A stretch of DNA of 60,601 nucleotides, the filler included, from Ionaspis alba (taxonomy: Eukaryota), in assembly GCA_964255285.1 (NCBI GenBank). It is 4 parts of 4 records of this genome, joined end to end, with 100 filler letters (N's around TTAATTAATTAA, not from the genome) between each part and the next. Parts side by side here need not be neighbours in the genome. Positions count along the whole stretch, not along the records: positions 1 to 15,135 come from CAXUUL010000388.1; 3 more parts are not named here. One strand, given 5' to 3'. A model generated the notes under the pieces. The model ran no database searches and was not told where the DNA came from. It saw only the letters and a list, made by a program, of their open reading frames with translations. This document shows, in pieces, positions 1-11,547 of the stretch. Position numbers and translations under genes: made by a program. How positions within the stretch are numbered: the first letter of the stretch is position 1; the number at the start of each line of letters is the position of its first letter.

Positions 1-236
1 AAATAGAGAGCTTTATTTGTCAATGATCAATGGAAATAATGGAAATCCAAATGTTGAACTCGCGTTATTGTCCGCAAAAGAAAGCCAATCATTTCAAAAC
101 AACTGGCAAGAAGATTATATAGTTAATTCGATATTATGTAAAAGTTGTAGAGGGTTCGTTGCAGCCAGGTAGTGTGGAGTACCCTCGTTAATTTTGTCTT
201 AGAGTATGATATAACAATAAGAAATCTTTTTCTCAA

Positions 237-343
237 GCCTTCATGGCGCAGTGGTAACGCGTCGCACTTGTAATTTTATCTTGGATCATTTCCAGGTGAA
301 AGCTGAGATGCGAAGATCCCTAGTTCAATTCTGGGTGAAGGCA
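237..343 (+). tRNA. tRNA-Thr(UGU) with a 35-nt intron (273-307)
   Basis: Acceptor stem GCCTTCA/TGAAGGC plus discriminator A; D arm TGGCGCAGTGGTAACGC; anticodon arm TCGCA-CT-TGT-A[intron]A-TGCGA; T loop GTTCAATTC; T6 run near 375-380 fits a Pol III terminator. Confidence 0.95.
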
Positions 344-1262
344 TATATCACTGAGGGCTTCCTACTTGCACTCATTTTTTGAAATGTGAATTACTTAAAG
401 TCACTCAGAAATCACTCAATTTATTCGACTAATTGGAGAAGAAACTCGAGTACGAGTAGGTTTTTGGTACTATGTTCTACTTAGCCCGCTTGCGATTCCC
501 TGCGCTAGTATCGATCGATCTTCGCGCTTTCATACATGAGACACCTTCCGCTCTCCATGCCCCGTCAGTGCTGTATGCATTGCTTCATTCTTCATCCTTG
601 AACCCAAGACGTCTTCTATCTTGGCCTGACAATTGAGTCGAAGGGTTGCGATGTCCTTAGGAAAGAAGACCGCAAATCAAATTATGTTCCACGAACTTTG
701 AAGCTTAGAGCGATGCGTCGAGTGCTCTATCTCTGACTATTCTCTTGTCTTCTCAAAGCAAAGGTCGTGTTCCAAAATGCAGATCGATTGCTTGGACATG
801 GCTGCAGATTCCGCAGAGCTACGACGAGAAGATCAAACACAAACTTCAAGCGAGCGAATTGAGGAAGGAGCACTTCATCGTCAGTGTGGAAGTCGTCTCG
901 TCAAGTCAACAATCGACTGGGGCATTCTCCATCCTCAGACAGCCTCAACAAGGTGCGACTTCCTATCTTGCCAGATGTGATGAAATTGTACGTTGGATCG
1001 ATATCGCCATCTCCGTCTTCCCTTTCCCTTCTCTCAACACCGCTGCCACCACTTGATCTTCTCGTTTTCTACTCCGTTGTGTTACCACGCTCTTTAGCTG
1101 GATCTCCACATCATCATCGTTGTTGTCGTCTCCTTTTATTGTGATACTCTTTCTTGCAATTCTATTTGCCTCTTCGAGGCTTCTGCCTTCCTGCAATTAA
1201 TTATATTCTACAGTGTACAAGCTCACGTTTCCAGACCATAGACTCCAAGCACATCGGCAACA

Positions 1263-2954
1263 ATGCCAATTTCTCAGCCCAATAATCTCACGGCCGACCA
1301 GTCAACAGCCTTTCTCTCAGAAACTTGGCAGTCCACGGCGCGACCTTCCACCGCCCGTCCTTCCACTGCAGGAACCAGGGTGAATGATGGAGCTCATGTC
1401 GCCTTACCAGACTTGGAAAGCGTCAATACCGCTGTCGAGAAGCCATATGGCGATCTCTTGCCGAAAGACCGCGTTACCAGATTTCAGATTCTGGCTCATC
1501 CCAACGTCCGCGATTGCACATTCTCCCATCCTTTATCGAATGTCCGGACAGGTACCGAAGTCATTGTGGACTTCGATGGCCGGGACGATCCGTACCATCC
1601 CCTCAACTGGCCATTCCGGAAGAAGGCTGTCACTACAATGCTGTATGGCTTCACGACTTTAGGGTCAAGCTTTGCAAGCAGTGTGTACGGTCCTATTGTC
1701 ACTGTCGTTGCGGCAGACTATCGAGTCAACACAGAAGTTTCTTTGCTTGGATTGAGTATGCTGCTCGTCGGCTTTAGCCTCGGACCACTGATCTGGGCTC
1801 CCGTGTCTGAGATTTATGGTCGCAAATATGGAGTGCTCATTCCATACTTCGGTGCCATTCTTTTCACTTTCGCCACTGGCGCTAGTAAGGACATTCAATC
1901 TATACTCATAACTCGATTCTTTACTGGCTTCTTCGGATCGGCCCCAATCACCAACACTGGAGGTGTTCTCGGAGACATTTGGCCTGCCACCCAACGCGGA
2001 ACTGCCATCATCTTCTACGCTGTAGCAGTAGTGGGTGGACCTGTTCTCGGACCGATAGTAGCTGGGGCTTTCATGCAGGCTGATACCAGCTGGAGATGGA
2101 CTCAAATGGTGACCGGTGTGATGATGAGCTTCATCTGGATCTGCGACCTCCTAGTCATTGACGAGAGCTACTCGCCTGTGCTTCTGGTGTACAAAGCTCG
2201 TCGACTGCGTATGTTCACTGGCAACTGGGCACTCCATGCAAAGCACGAAGAATGGAATCCAACCATCAAGGAGATGATGATCAAGTTTGGCGTTCGTCCA
2301 TTCCAGATGCTACTCACTCCAATTTGCTTTTTGATCGCCTTATATGGGTCCTTCGTGTACGGCATATTATATGCCAACCTTGCCTCGTTCCCCATCATAT
2401 TCGAGGAGGAGAGGGGTTGGAACCAGCTGGTCGGAACCCTACCTTTCCTGGGTATACTGGTTGGTATCCTCTGCGGTGCCGCGACGAATGTTATTGCACA
2501 GAAATACTACAACCAGCGGCTGGCATTGAACCACAACAGGCCAGTACCCGAAGCTCGTTTACCGCCGATGATGATTGGCGGCGTCTTCCTCGCAGCGGGG
2601 CTGTTCATCACCGCTTGGACTTCCTCCAAGAACATTCATTGGATTGGGCCAGTTATTGGTACAGTGCTCTTCGGTTTAGGTTTCTTCACCATTTTTCAAA
2701 CCGCGCTCAGCTACCTCATAGACACCTTTCAACGCTATGCAGCGAGTGCCATGGCGGCAAACACCTTCCTTCGCAGCAGCTTTGCTGTTGCTTTCCCTCT
2801 GTTTATTAATCCCATGTACCAGAAATTAGGTATACCTTGGGCAACAACCGTGTTCGCATGCTTCGCGGTCGCCTTGATCCCCATTCCATTCATTTTCTAC
2901 TTTTATGGGAAACAGATAAGATCGCGTGGCAAATACACTTCGAACATGGGTTGA
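1263..2954 (+). CDS. MFS multidrug/polyamine:H+ antiporter, DHA1 family; intronless, 563 aa
   Basis: DPYHPLNWP..KK, motif A WAPVSEIYGRK, RFFTGFFGSAP, GPVLGPIVAGA, PEARL and YLIDTF..YAASAMAAN; about 12 hydrophobic segments. Confidence 0.95.
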   Translation: MPISQPNNLTADQSTAFLSETWQSTARPSTARPSTAGTRVNDGAHVALPDLESVNTAVEKPYGDLLPKDRVTRFQILAHPNVRDCTFSHPLSNVRTGTEVIVDFDGRDDPYHPLNWPFRKKAVTTMLYGFTTLGSSFASSVYGPIVTVVAADYRVNTEVSLLGLSMLLVGFSLGPLIWAPVSEIYGRKYGVLIPYFGAILFTFATGASKDIQSILITRFFTGFFGSAPITNTGGVLGDIWPATQRGTAIIFYAVAVVGGPVLGPIVAGAFMQADTSWRWTQMVTGVMMSFIWICDLLVIDESYSPVLLVYKARRLRMFTGNWALHAKHEEWNPTIKEMMIKFGVRPFQMLLTPICFLIALYGSFVYGILYANLASFPIIFEEERGWNQLVGTLPFLGILVGILCGAATNVIAQKYYNQRLALNHNRPVPEARLPPMMIGGVFLAAGLFITAWTSSKNIHWIGPVIGTVLFGLGFFTIFQTALSYLIDTFQRYAASAMAANTFLRSSFAVAFPLFINPMYQKLGIPWATTVFACFAVALIPIPFIFYFYGKQIRSRGKYTSNMG

Positions 2955-4005
2955 AGTTATGAGACCATTCTCCGAACCATGAAACAACAAGCTCATCTCA
3001 GAAAACCATCGCAGCTTCCATTTTGCAAATTACATTCTACCGTCATCGAGAGCCATCGCCGTGCCAATTAGACCAGTCGAGATTCAACAATACTCCCAGA
3101 GCGTCACAGCCACAAGATGCAAATCGGTGTCAGGCAGGATTATCATAGATGACATCTCCAGGAGATCTCTATCAAAATGGACAGGAAGGACATCATGCAA
3201 TGTGGAGCAGTCAAAAGAAAATAGCTGTGGCAGAACAGAATGCCTAGGATTACTAAATATTTGCTCAGCCCGATAGATTAGATTAGCTATGGTTGCTGTA
3301 CATGGACATTGCTCAAGCTTGTGTAGAATTGGGCAGAATTATCGGGTGTATTTGCTATTATCCATTTCTCAGACGGCAGAGCTCGATATACACTCCTGTT
3401 ATGCTGCGATGCATTACGACTTTGTGCTGCCCGCTGTCAATACTGGGCGACAATGAACACATCAGACTGATAGATTCTCCGGACGGCGATTATTTAGTCA
3501 CGATCACGTTTTTGCCCCTTCGCACCCATCATCTTCCTCTGGCTTCCTCGCACAAAGAATGATCGTCATCCACACCTGTTCAAACAAAAGGTCTAGAATC
3601 TAGAGGCGAATGAATCGAACGATGCGATTCATGTGGCTCATGCTTGAAGTAATGTTTTTACTGGCTCAAAGCGCCACAACATGCTTGTCAAAGGGACATC
3701 TCGCTCCCCCAACAGGTTACGCGTCCCATCTGCCTGCGTGCCTTATGTGATCGGTAGGTGGGTTCCAGTGCTTTCTCATTGCTTCGAATTGCCGTAGTTC
3801 TGCTTGCGTGAGCCCACTCGTCATGAGTGCGGGGAGGTCTACGTCTTGTGTGTTGCCTTGACCCTTTCGGTTTATATAATGCGAGTTTTCCTTACTCTAG
3901 TTCTATTCTGCTTCATACAATCTATCACAATCCATCCAATTTCATCTTACATTCATCTGAAAGAATCGTATAACCCCTACAATCGACATATTTGACAGTA
4001 TCAAC

Positions 4006-4896
4006 ATGCCTTCTGTACGATACTACAACGAGTCCGCTCCCTTCTGGGACTGGATCGCATCCATGGAATCCAACAGAAACAACCAGCAGCCATGGTTTGC
4101 CCAACATCCTTGGTTCAATGCCGGTCCCTCTGAAGCTAGAGAAAACCGAGAGCCCAACAACGAAGAGCAGTCTCCGCCAGACTACAACGCAGAGCAACCC
4201 CATCAACCAAGCGGACCACCGCCGCCACCTCACCACCCGTCCGGTCCACCACCCCAGCCTCATCACCCTACCGGCCCTCCACCACCTCATCATCATGAAG
4301 GACCACCAGGCTGTCATCGCGGCGGCCGTCGTCATTGTGGACCGGGCCGCGGCCGGTTCGGAGGCCCACGCCATGGGCGTGGAGGCTTTCCCTTCGGCGG
4401 CTTTCCACCAGGAGCTTGGGCCGGCTTTGGAAGCCGTGAACACGGGGCTCCATTTGACTTGAATGCTCTCGCTGAGTCCTTCGCTCAGCAATTCGGTTTT
4501 GTCCCCGACACAAAGGAGAAGGCTGCCAAAGAGAACAGCGACAAAGACTTCACGCCTCCTTGCGATGTCTTCGACACCCCTGAGGCTTATGTCATTCACA
4601 TATCGCTGCCTGGCGCCAAGAAAGAAGATGTTGGTGTCAACTGGGATGCCGATAAGTCGGAGGTCAGCGTTGCAGGTGTGGTATACCGCATTGGAGATGA
4701 GGAGATGTTGAAAACCTTAGCCATGGATGAGAGAGATGTGGGTGTCTTCGAGCGAAAGGTAAGGTTGGGCAGTCCTACCAATCCTGCCAACGTGGATGCC
4801 GAGAGCATCACGGCGAAGATGGAGGATGGAGTCTTGGTTGTTAGAGTGCCCAAGACTGAGGAGTTTGTGGAGGTTATGAAGGTCGATGTCGAGTAA
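4006..4896 (+). CDS. Small heat-shock protein (HSP20/alpha-crystallin domain) with a long Pro/His/Gly-Arg N-terminus
   Basis: C-terminal [28 protein letters not shown]...GVFERKV.L...[16 protein letters not shown] and terminal V-x-V (KVDVE); TATA-like TATATAA near 3874. Confidence 0.93.
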   Translation: MPSVRYYNESAPFWDWIASMESNRNNQQPWFAQHPWFNAGPSEARENREPNNEEQSPPDYNAEQPHQPSGPPPPPHHPSGPPPQPHHPTGPPPPHHHEGPPGCHRGGRRHCGPGRGRFGGPRHGRGGFPFGGFPPGAWAGFGSREHGAPFDLNALAESFAQQFGFVPDTKEKAAKENSDKDFTPPCDVFDTPEAYVIHISLPGAKKEDVGVNWDADKSEVSVAGVVYRIGDEEMLKTLAMDERDVGVFERKVRLGSPTNPANVDAESITAKMEDGVLVVRVPKTEEFVEVMKVDVE

Positions 4897-5654
4897 GACG
4901 TGCGACCGCTCGGGTATTGGTCAAGGGGTCGTGGGAGTTCATGATAAAATAGCTTAGTAGAAACAATTTCTTTGACCTCGCCCTGACACGTCCTACGTGA
5001 TCTTGCATGTATGAGCTTATTATTGACGCTTTGTGCGCCTCCATGGCGACTGTCGTGATTTCCGCATATTATCACGACGGCTGCAAAGGCTTCTCCCCAC
5101 GACGCCTCGATTTCATCATTAACCCAAGACCCTACCACGCAAGCCTCAATTGATGGATGTGGGTGGAGAGGAGGCAGTTTTACGCGAGGAAACAAGGAAA
5201 TGAGGAGACGAGCGGAGACGCATACACTCCCGGCTGCTTCACAACCACAACGCTCGGCTCTGAACTACATAATCGTCTGCTCATACTGTTGATTGGTGCA
5301 TAAAACTTATTCGTGAGAAGTACTTCCTGTGCCATTTGCTGTTATAGAGTGATGGCCCCCATGCCCAGACAAATTCTTACATCTACAAATCTGGGCAATG
5401 TCATTCTGTCTGTGGTGGCGGTGCACTCCATTGGTGTGGGGGTGCCTTGCAATGCCTTGGGAAAGCCTCACCTGTGGACCGATTACAGCGTCAATAAAAA
5501 CGCTATCTCCCATTATAATTCCTGACGGCATTTGATCTCTTTTGTCAAGTCTTCTTTTCGAGACCATTGCTTTCAGAGACCAAGTGGTAGAGATCCTCTC
5601 GTTTACCCTCCGTGTCATATAGGTAGCCTTGTTTGCTACAGTGAGTACCTTCTA

Positions 5655-7293
5655 ATGCCGCCGGAACCCCTTTCATTGACTGCTGCAATTACTGGACTCG
5701 TGATAACTGCCTATAACCTATCCAAAGCGACATNNNNNNNNNNNNNNNNNNNNNNNNNNNNNNNNNNNNNNNNNNNNNNNNNNNNNNNNNNNNNNNNNNN
5801 NNNNNNNNNNNNNNNNNNNNNNNNNNNNNNNNNACTGCTGCAATTACTGGACTCGTGATAACTGCCTATAACCTATCCAAAGCGACATGTTCCACAATAT
5901 CCGCCATCAAAAACGCCCCCAAACATATCAGTGACGTGAGGAGGGATCTGACGAGTTTCTACAATGTACTCGCGACCCTGCAGCAGATTCTCGACGACAA
6001 TCAGGTTGCCACTAAGGGGCTACAATTAGGGGCATCTGAAAACCTTCAGACAGTTTTAGAGGATTGTATCACACTCTTTACCAAAGTTCAAACGCTTGTC
6101 AACAACTTCACGACTCTCGATGGGAACGAGAAGAGCACAACATGGAGAAGGATTCGGTGGAATTTCAAGGAGACGGAGGTCAATGGCATGAAGAAAGAGT
6201 TGACGGACCGCAAGCTTACGCTGAACACTGAGCTGCTGGTGGCTATCTTGTAAGTACTGTGTAATGAGGCTCTTTATGCTCGCCATGCTGAATCACTTTT
6301 AGCTACAATCTTCGCACTACCAACCTCACTCGAGACACAATTGAGAACGAGGCTTTGGCGCTACAGAAGGAAGAAGCAGAATACCGTCGAGAGCTGGAAG
6401 AGAAGCTTCCAACCATATCGAAGGAGTTGGAAGACCTACAAGCTGCCCAGCTACCAGATTCATCAGATCATTCCGAGCTAGATAGGGCAGGGGTGCGCTT
6501 CGATGCTAGCTATACTTTAAGGCATTATATAAACAGCGCGGCATCGATTCTCACCGAGGCTCACCCACCACCATCTCCGAGTATGCAAGTCAGCAGCATC
6601 GATGAGGACCAACAGAGTATCGAGACTATCACGATTTCGGACCAACTATCCGATCGCCTATCATTCAAAACTGCGCAGTCTTACCCCTCAAATCCTACCG
6701 CATCTCCACAGTCTGCCAATGCTTCAGGGACTAATACCAGTATCCTGGCTCTCGGCCACGTGTCGCTTGGGCAGCAGACCGCTGGAGAGAGCGGGATTGT
6801 TACTAGGATTCCTGTTTCCAGTGCTACCCTTCAACTCGAAGCATGGATCCAAATTCCCGGCGCGAAGCCTGTCAAAGTGCAGATGCGTCACGGAGATAAG
6901 ATTGGAGATCTCAAGGAACGAGCCAGGAGAATGGTCGAAGTCACAGCTATTGACTTTGAAAGCAACCTGTTGAGTTACAAGGGACAAAGACTTCTTGACA
7001 ACGACTCTATTGATCGATTCATCTGCACTACCACACCAACTTTCTGGCTGAGAGAACCTGTCAAGATCGGCAACTCGCCCGCGCAGATAATCCGTCAAAC
7101 CACCCGTGCGTTTTCAACAACCTTGACTATGGACGGGACAATTCAAAGCTCCGTTCAACTCACACAGAATTCCTCATCAAGGCTGAGCAAACCTGATACA
7201 TCACCAATCAAAAAGAGGAGGACTACGTTCAGAATTGGACCAATGTCTAAGCAAAGGATGTACCGGAGGATTTATGGCCATCGTTACATGTAG
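5655..7293 (+). CDS. HeLo-like (fungal STAND N-terminal type) domain protein with a ubiquitin-like domain; intron 6250-6302; false gap 5734-5833 inside exon 1
   Basis: MPPEPLSLTAAITGLV..., IKNAPKHISDVRRDL, WRRIRWNFKETEV...RKLTLN match the Helo_like_N pattern. A GTAAGT...TTTAG intron joins the ORFs in frame (AIF/YNLRT...). Downstream DKIGDLKER...LSYKGQRLLDNDSI looks ubiquitin-like. Confidence 0.75.
5679..5888. other. False assembly gap: identical 55-nt sequence on both sides of 100 N
   Basis: 5679-5733 equals 5834-5888; collapsing the copies restores a continuous reading frame. Confidence 0.9.
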
Positions 7294-7640
7294 CTTTTGG
7301 AGTGCTCTACTATTCTCGACTAGTAGCGGACCAATGGTGATCAGGAATGACTAACGAAGGTGATGATCAAGCGGTAGAGGGTTGTTATGTTTGATATATA
7401 TAGTTTCCGGTTATACTGCGCACTCAATCAATCTATGGGTATCTACCCAAGAAGTAGGGCCTTAGAAAAGATTTCAGCATTCAATAAGTTTCATTTGACT
7501 GAGATTTTCATGGAACGTTTGCAGCAGCTCCAGTAGAATCTCTAGGAAGTGTTTCTTGGGGAGAAAGTATGCCGCGAGTTGGATCATTGTAGTCCCATGC
7601 TCTGTCCAGGGTCAAGGCATAAAATCCTATCACGAACGGA

Positions 7641-7850
7641 TAGTAAAGAGGCCAGCTCGATAGCTCCTCCCTCGAGTAGAAATACTTGCAATATTNNNNN
7701 NNNNNNNNNNNNNNNNNNNNNNNNNNNNNNNNNNNNNNNNNNNNNNNNNNNNNNNNNNNNNNNNNNNNNNNNNNNNNNNNNNNNNNNNNNNNNNNTAGTA
7801 AAGAGGCCAGCTCGATAGCTCCTCCCTCGAGTAGAAATACTTGCAATATT
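7641..7850. other. False assembly gap: identical 55-nt sequence on both sides of 100 N
   Basis: 7641-7695 equals 7796-7850. Confidence 0.9.
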
Positions 7851-8018
7851 CAGAACTGGAGACTTCTTCTGAAGGCAGCATCACTCACTGTCCTCGTACA
7901 TGTCTCTCTGAATAGAATGCCAGCCCTAGAGACTCCCAAACCTGGCATCCTCTACCATGTAGACAATATCGAGTCTCCCGAGTATCATCATGGTATCTTC
8001 ACTATTCCATAATATCTC

Positions 8019-8520
8019 TCAGTCATCCGGGTTGCCAAAAGGATTCTCGATCTGCTCGCTGCCATCGACGGGCGATATGAGGACTAGAAGCGTGCCACGA
8101 GCAACCATAAGCCCTAAGGCTCGTAATGATTCATTACCCTCGTCATCTGTGTACACAATTCGTTATTATGCTTTCCTCCTGCAGCCAAGATATTCTTGCC
8201 TCTCAGCAACTCCTGTACATCATCCAATACGAGGTTCATGAGTTGATCATAGCCTTTCAGCGTCCCGACGACTATAAGAAAGGACGAGGTCAGCAGCAGC
8301 GCAGGACAAATCGTACGAGTATCTTACCCTCTCTTCCCCCATTGAACTTCACATTGATCTGCTTGTCCATGTATTTGGATAAGTCCAGTATGTTTTCCTT
8401 CTTGGGCTTCTCAGCTTGCCCACCCTGTGCGCCTCCTCGTCCTCCACCTCGTCCACCACGATGTTCGCTTCCGCCTCTACCACCGCCTCGTCCGCCACGG
8501 AAGTTCCCTCGTTCTGACAT
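8019..8520 (-). CDS. LSM7: U6 snRNA-associated Sm-like protein Lsm7 (3 exons, RGG-rich N-terminus)
   Basis: KPKKENILDLSKYMDKQINVKFNGGRE / VVGTLKGYDQLMNLVLDDVQE / LGLMVARGTLLVLISPVDGSEQIENPF; stop TGA at 8021-8019. Confidence 0.95.
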
Positions 8521-9019
8521 CAACAGGAGGCTTTTATGACTGATCAGGGTACGAAATGAGACAAAATGGGATGCTTACGGGTAAATCGAGGGAGAAAGGT
8601 GGTGTCGGCGCGGTTGTTTGTTCGGCACTAGCATGGATTGTGGAGTTGAAGAGCTCCGGCGTTGAACGGTTCGCTTCCCGCTCTGCCCCCGCCCGATGGG
8701 GCCCTTTCCTGGTGGTGGCTTCGCCGTCGCCCACACACACGCCCACCCCCCCTTCGGATTGCTGTCCCTCTGCTCTGCATCCTCTTCGCGACCGCAGCAC
8801 AGCAGCACCGATGTCTCTACGTGTTCTTCCTTCTCTCCTCCGATTTCATTTCTCATAAGTCTTGTGATTCGTTTTCATCCTCTTGAATCGACTTTCCAAG
8901 ACCTTCCGCGTCATATTGAGCTATCTATCCTTGCGCCGGAGCTTGTTCCGCATCTGACCCTCCACCATATTTGCCCTTTCATTGCAGCCTTCCCAACCGC
9001 GTCTCTCGCTGCGCACGAA

Positions 9020-11203
9020 ATGGACGAGCACAGCAGCTCCATGGCAACGCAAACACAGACCCAGACTCCCGAAAGCTTCAACAATCCATCCAAGCGCAAG
9101 CGGAGCGTCTCCGTGGAAAGACCAAATCTTTCCGCTCCTCCGCAAAAAGCTGCAAAGACGCATAACAGCCATCTCCAGATCAACTATCTTGTCCGTCAAT
9201 ACTCGGACACCCTTCCGCTCATTTCCGTTGATGATACACTCCCCTCGATATTGCAACTGGTGTCGGACTATCATGGGGCGCTGGAAAGACACGAGAGTCT
9301 GGCGGGTAACCTCGGAGCAAGGTTACTAGGCCCCATCCTCATTAAGAGATTTGAGCGGCTCTTCGACGGGCCTCCGACGGTGCTGAAATGCCATGGCAAG
9401 GAGGGGACTACTGTTACGTGGTTGGATGTCGTGGAATTCGCTCGACACAAGCCGGAACAGTTCAATCTGGAGAAGATGCACGATAATGCTCGTGTCTGCC
9501 AGTTTTACACTAAGCAGAGTCGGGTGGAGATCTCCGAGGAAGACTACTTGTTGATTGCTTCGGGCATGCCTCAGAAACTAATCCCTCCACAGCCGATCGC
9601 GGAAGATGAAGAGAAGGAGCTCGGAACATTAGAGATTTTGGAAAAGAATATGGGAGCTGTCATTCAGCTGACTGATCAAGGTACTTGTTTTCAACCCTGT
9701 TTCGTAATTCTTGGTCATGCTTAGAGACTAACCACCGTCTTAGTCGCCGCAAGAGCACGACAGTTGAACCATCGGCTCAAGAATCGTCGGAATGCTATAA
9801 TCAGTAGGAGAGAAGCCGAAGCACCCTCTATCCCAGATATCTTGAGACCAAAATCCTCCGCTTCTGATTCCACTGGCCACGATCCAGCGTCGACGACAAA
9901 CGGGGAGCGCCCCAATTCCCCTTCTCCAACGTCTGGTTTCGTTGCCGTGAATTCAAGAGCTCCAGCTGCACGAGAGAGTGCAAGCCACACCAATGGATCT
10001 GCCGCTCCATCAGGAGTATCAAGAATCTCTAATGGGAAGACATATCACGGTGCCACAGCATCTCCTGCCACGCGGGCCGAACTTCTCAACTACTTTAGCA
10101 CTCCTCGGGAACGAGCAAATGAAATGGCGGACTATGACGCTCCACGAACAAACCCTTCATCTCGTACCCATGTCTCTCATCACAAGGCCAAACCGAAAGT
10201 CACAGACAACATTGACTATGCGGGTATCTTGCTGAATTCTGCTTCCCCAGTACCCATCCCAAATACTCCCCTCTCCCTTCAGCCATACAACAAACCTTCA
10301 CTAGCAGATCGATTCGATGACAGTGGACCTTACAAAGCTGAAATGCTCTCTAGAATGGATTCTATGCAGCGTGGCGACCGTGTCCTCCCTCCTTGCGACA
10401 GATGTAGGAGACTTCACATGGACTGCTTGAAGAACCTGACGGCTTGCCTTGGATGCACCAAGAAGCATGCCAAATGTTCGTGGAAGGACGTCACTGACCA
10501 AGAGTTGCTCGACAATCCTCACCCTGCTCGAGCTAGAGAAGAGGGTGGCGAACCAATCAATGGACGCGACGACTATTCTCCCATGGTTGTTGACGGCTCT
10601 GTTCAAGGTGTTAGGGATGAGGAGTTGCTGGGTGAAGACGATGTCTCCGACGATGGGAAAGACGATTCTCCTACTCTTGATGGTACCGCTCTCACAACCA
10701 AACCAGGACATGGCGTCGAAGCGTCGTCCGCCAAGCATACACCCGATATCCTCGAGAACACCCGACGTCCTGATACACCAGTAACGATGAACGGAGACCT
10801 ACAGGCTCCAGATGCTTCAGTCTCACGCCACAGCTCTGTCGGCCCTGCACGTAGTGTTGCTATGACTCCGCCAGACGTTTTACCGTCGAGATCATCTGAA
10901 TCGGTAAAGCAGAACGGCTCGCATGGATTTGAGACTGTCAATGACCTGCATGTCCTTACCTCGAGCAGGGAAGCTAGTCACAGAGGTCATCAGACACCTG
11001 ATGCCAGCAATCGCGGTGACTCCGAGAACGAAGCCAACTTCTCACCATATGCTGATCGATCCGCCTCTACGAACACCAATTGGCCAAACCACAACGGTCA
11101 ATCAGGCCCTACAGCTTCCATGGCACGCAACTTGGATGAGAAGAAAATTGAAGACCGTAGCGATATTGCACAATCGTGGCAGATAGGCACCGCAGCATTG
11201 TGA
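9020..11203 (+). CDS. Conserved fungal protein with an internal Zn(II)2Cys6-like cluster; intron 9681-9743
   Basis: A GTACTT...CTAAC...TAG intron joins ORFs 8696 and 9764 in frame; CDRCRRLHMDCLKNLTACLGCTKKHAKC has C-x2-C-x6-C-x6-C-x2-C-x6-C spacing; KRKR NLS. Start ATG chosen at 9020. Confidence 0.85.
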
Positions 11204-11547
11204 TCATGATGATTTCATAGAGGAGACGTGGGATGTTATGTATTCTGTCAATCTTAATTCTGCGAAAGATACCTTTCGAGGCTCAACTTCTGGACATTTT
11301 TTATGGGAAATATTACAAAGTCGTTTGATATTCGGTTTCACGGAACCATCAAAAGAGCGGGATAGAAGGCGCGCCGCTGGCATGCATGTCTGAAGAAAAT
11401 ATTACTAGCATTTAAAAGCTATGTATCATACAAGCCATATTTACCATCATATAGCCATGCTTTCGTGCTCCCTGAAGCTCCGTATGACCGCCATTTCATA
11501 ACAGGCCTTACCGCGCCGAGAGACTGCAACCACCCATGTACCATAGC

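Noticed and set aside
1263..2954. MFS transporter as a marker of a secondary-metabolite cluster
   Set aside because: No PKS, NRPS, terpene synthase or tailoring genes in the segment.
5679..5888. 55-bp direct repeats as target-site duplications or LTR ends
   Set aside because: Same length at two gaps, directly abutting Ns, and the frame is restored on collapse: assembler overlap.
8696..9019. 108-aa N-terminal extension of the Zn-cluster protein from ATG 8696
   Set aside because: It lies in the short divergent LSM7 promoter and pyrimidine-rich leader, and the peptide looks like translated UTR; ATG 9020 has better context.
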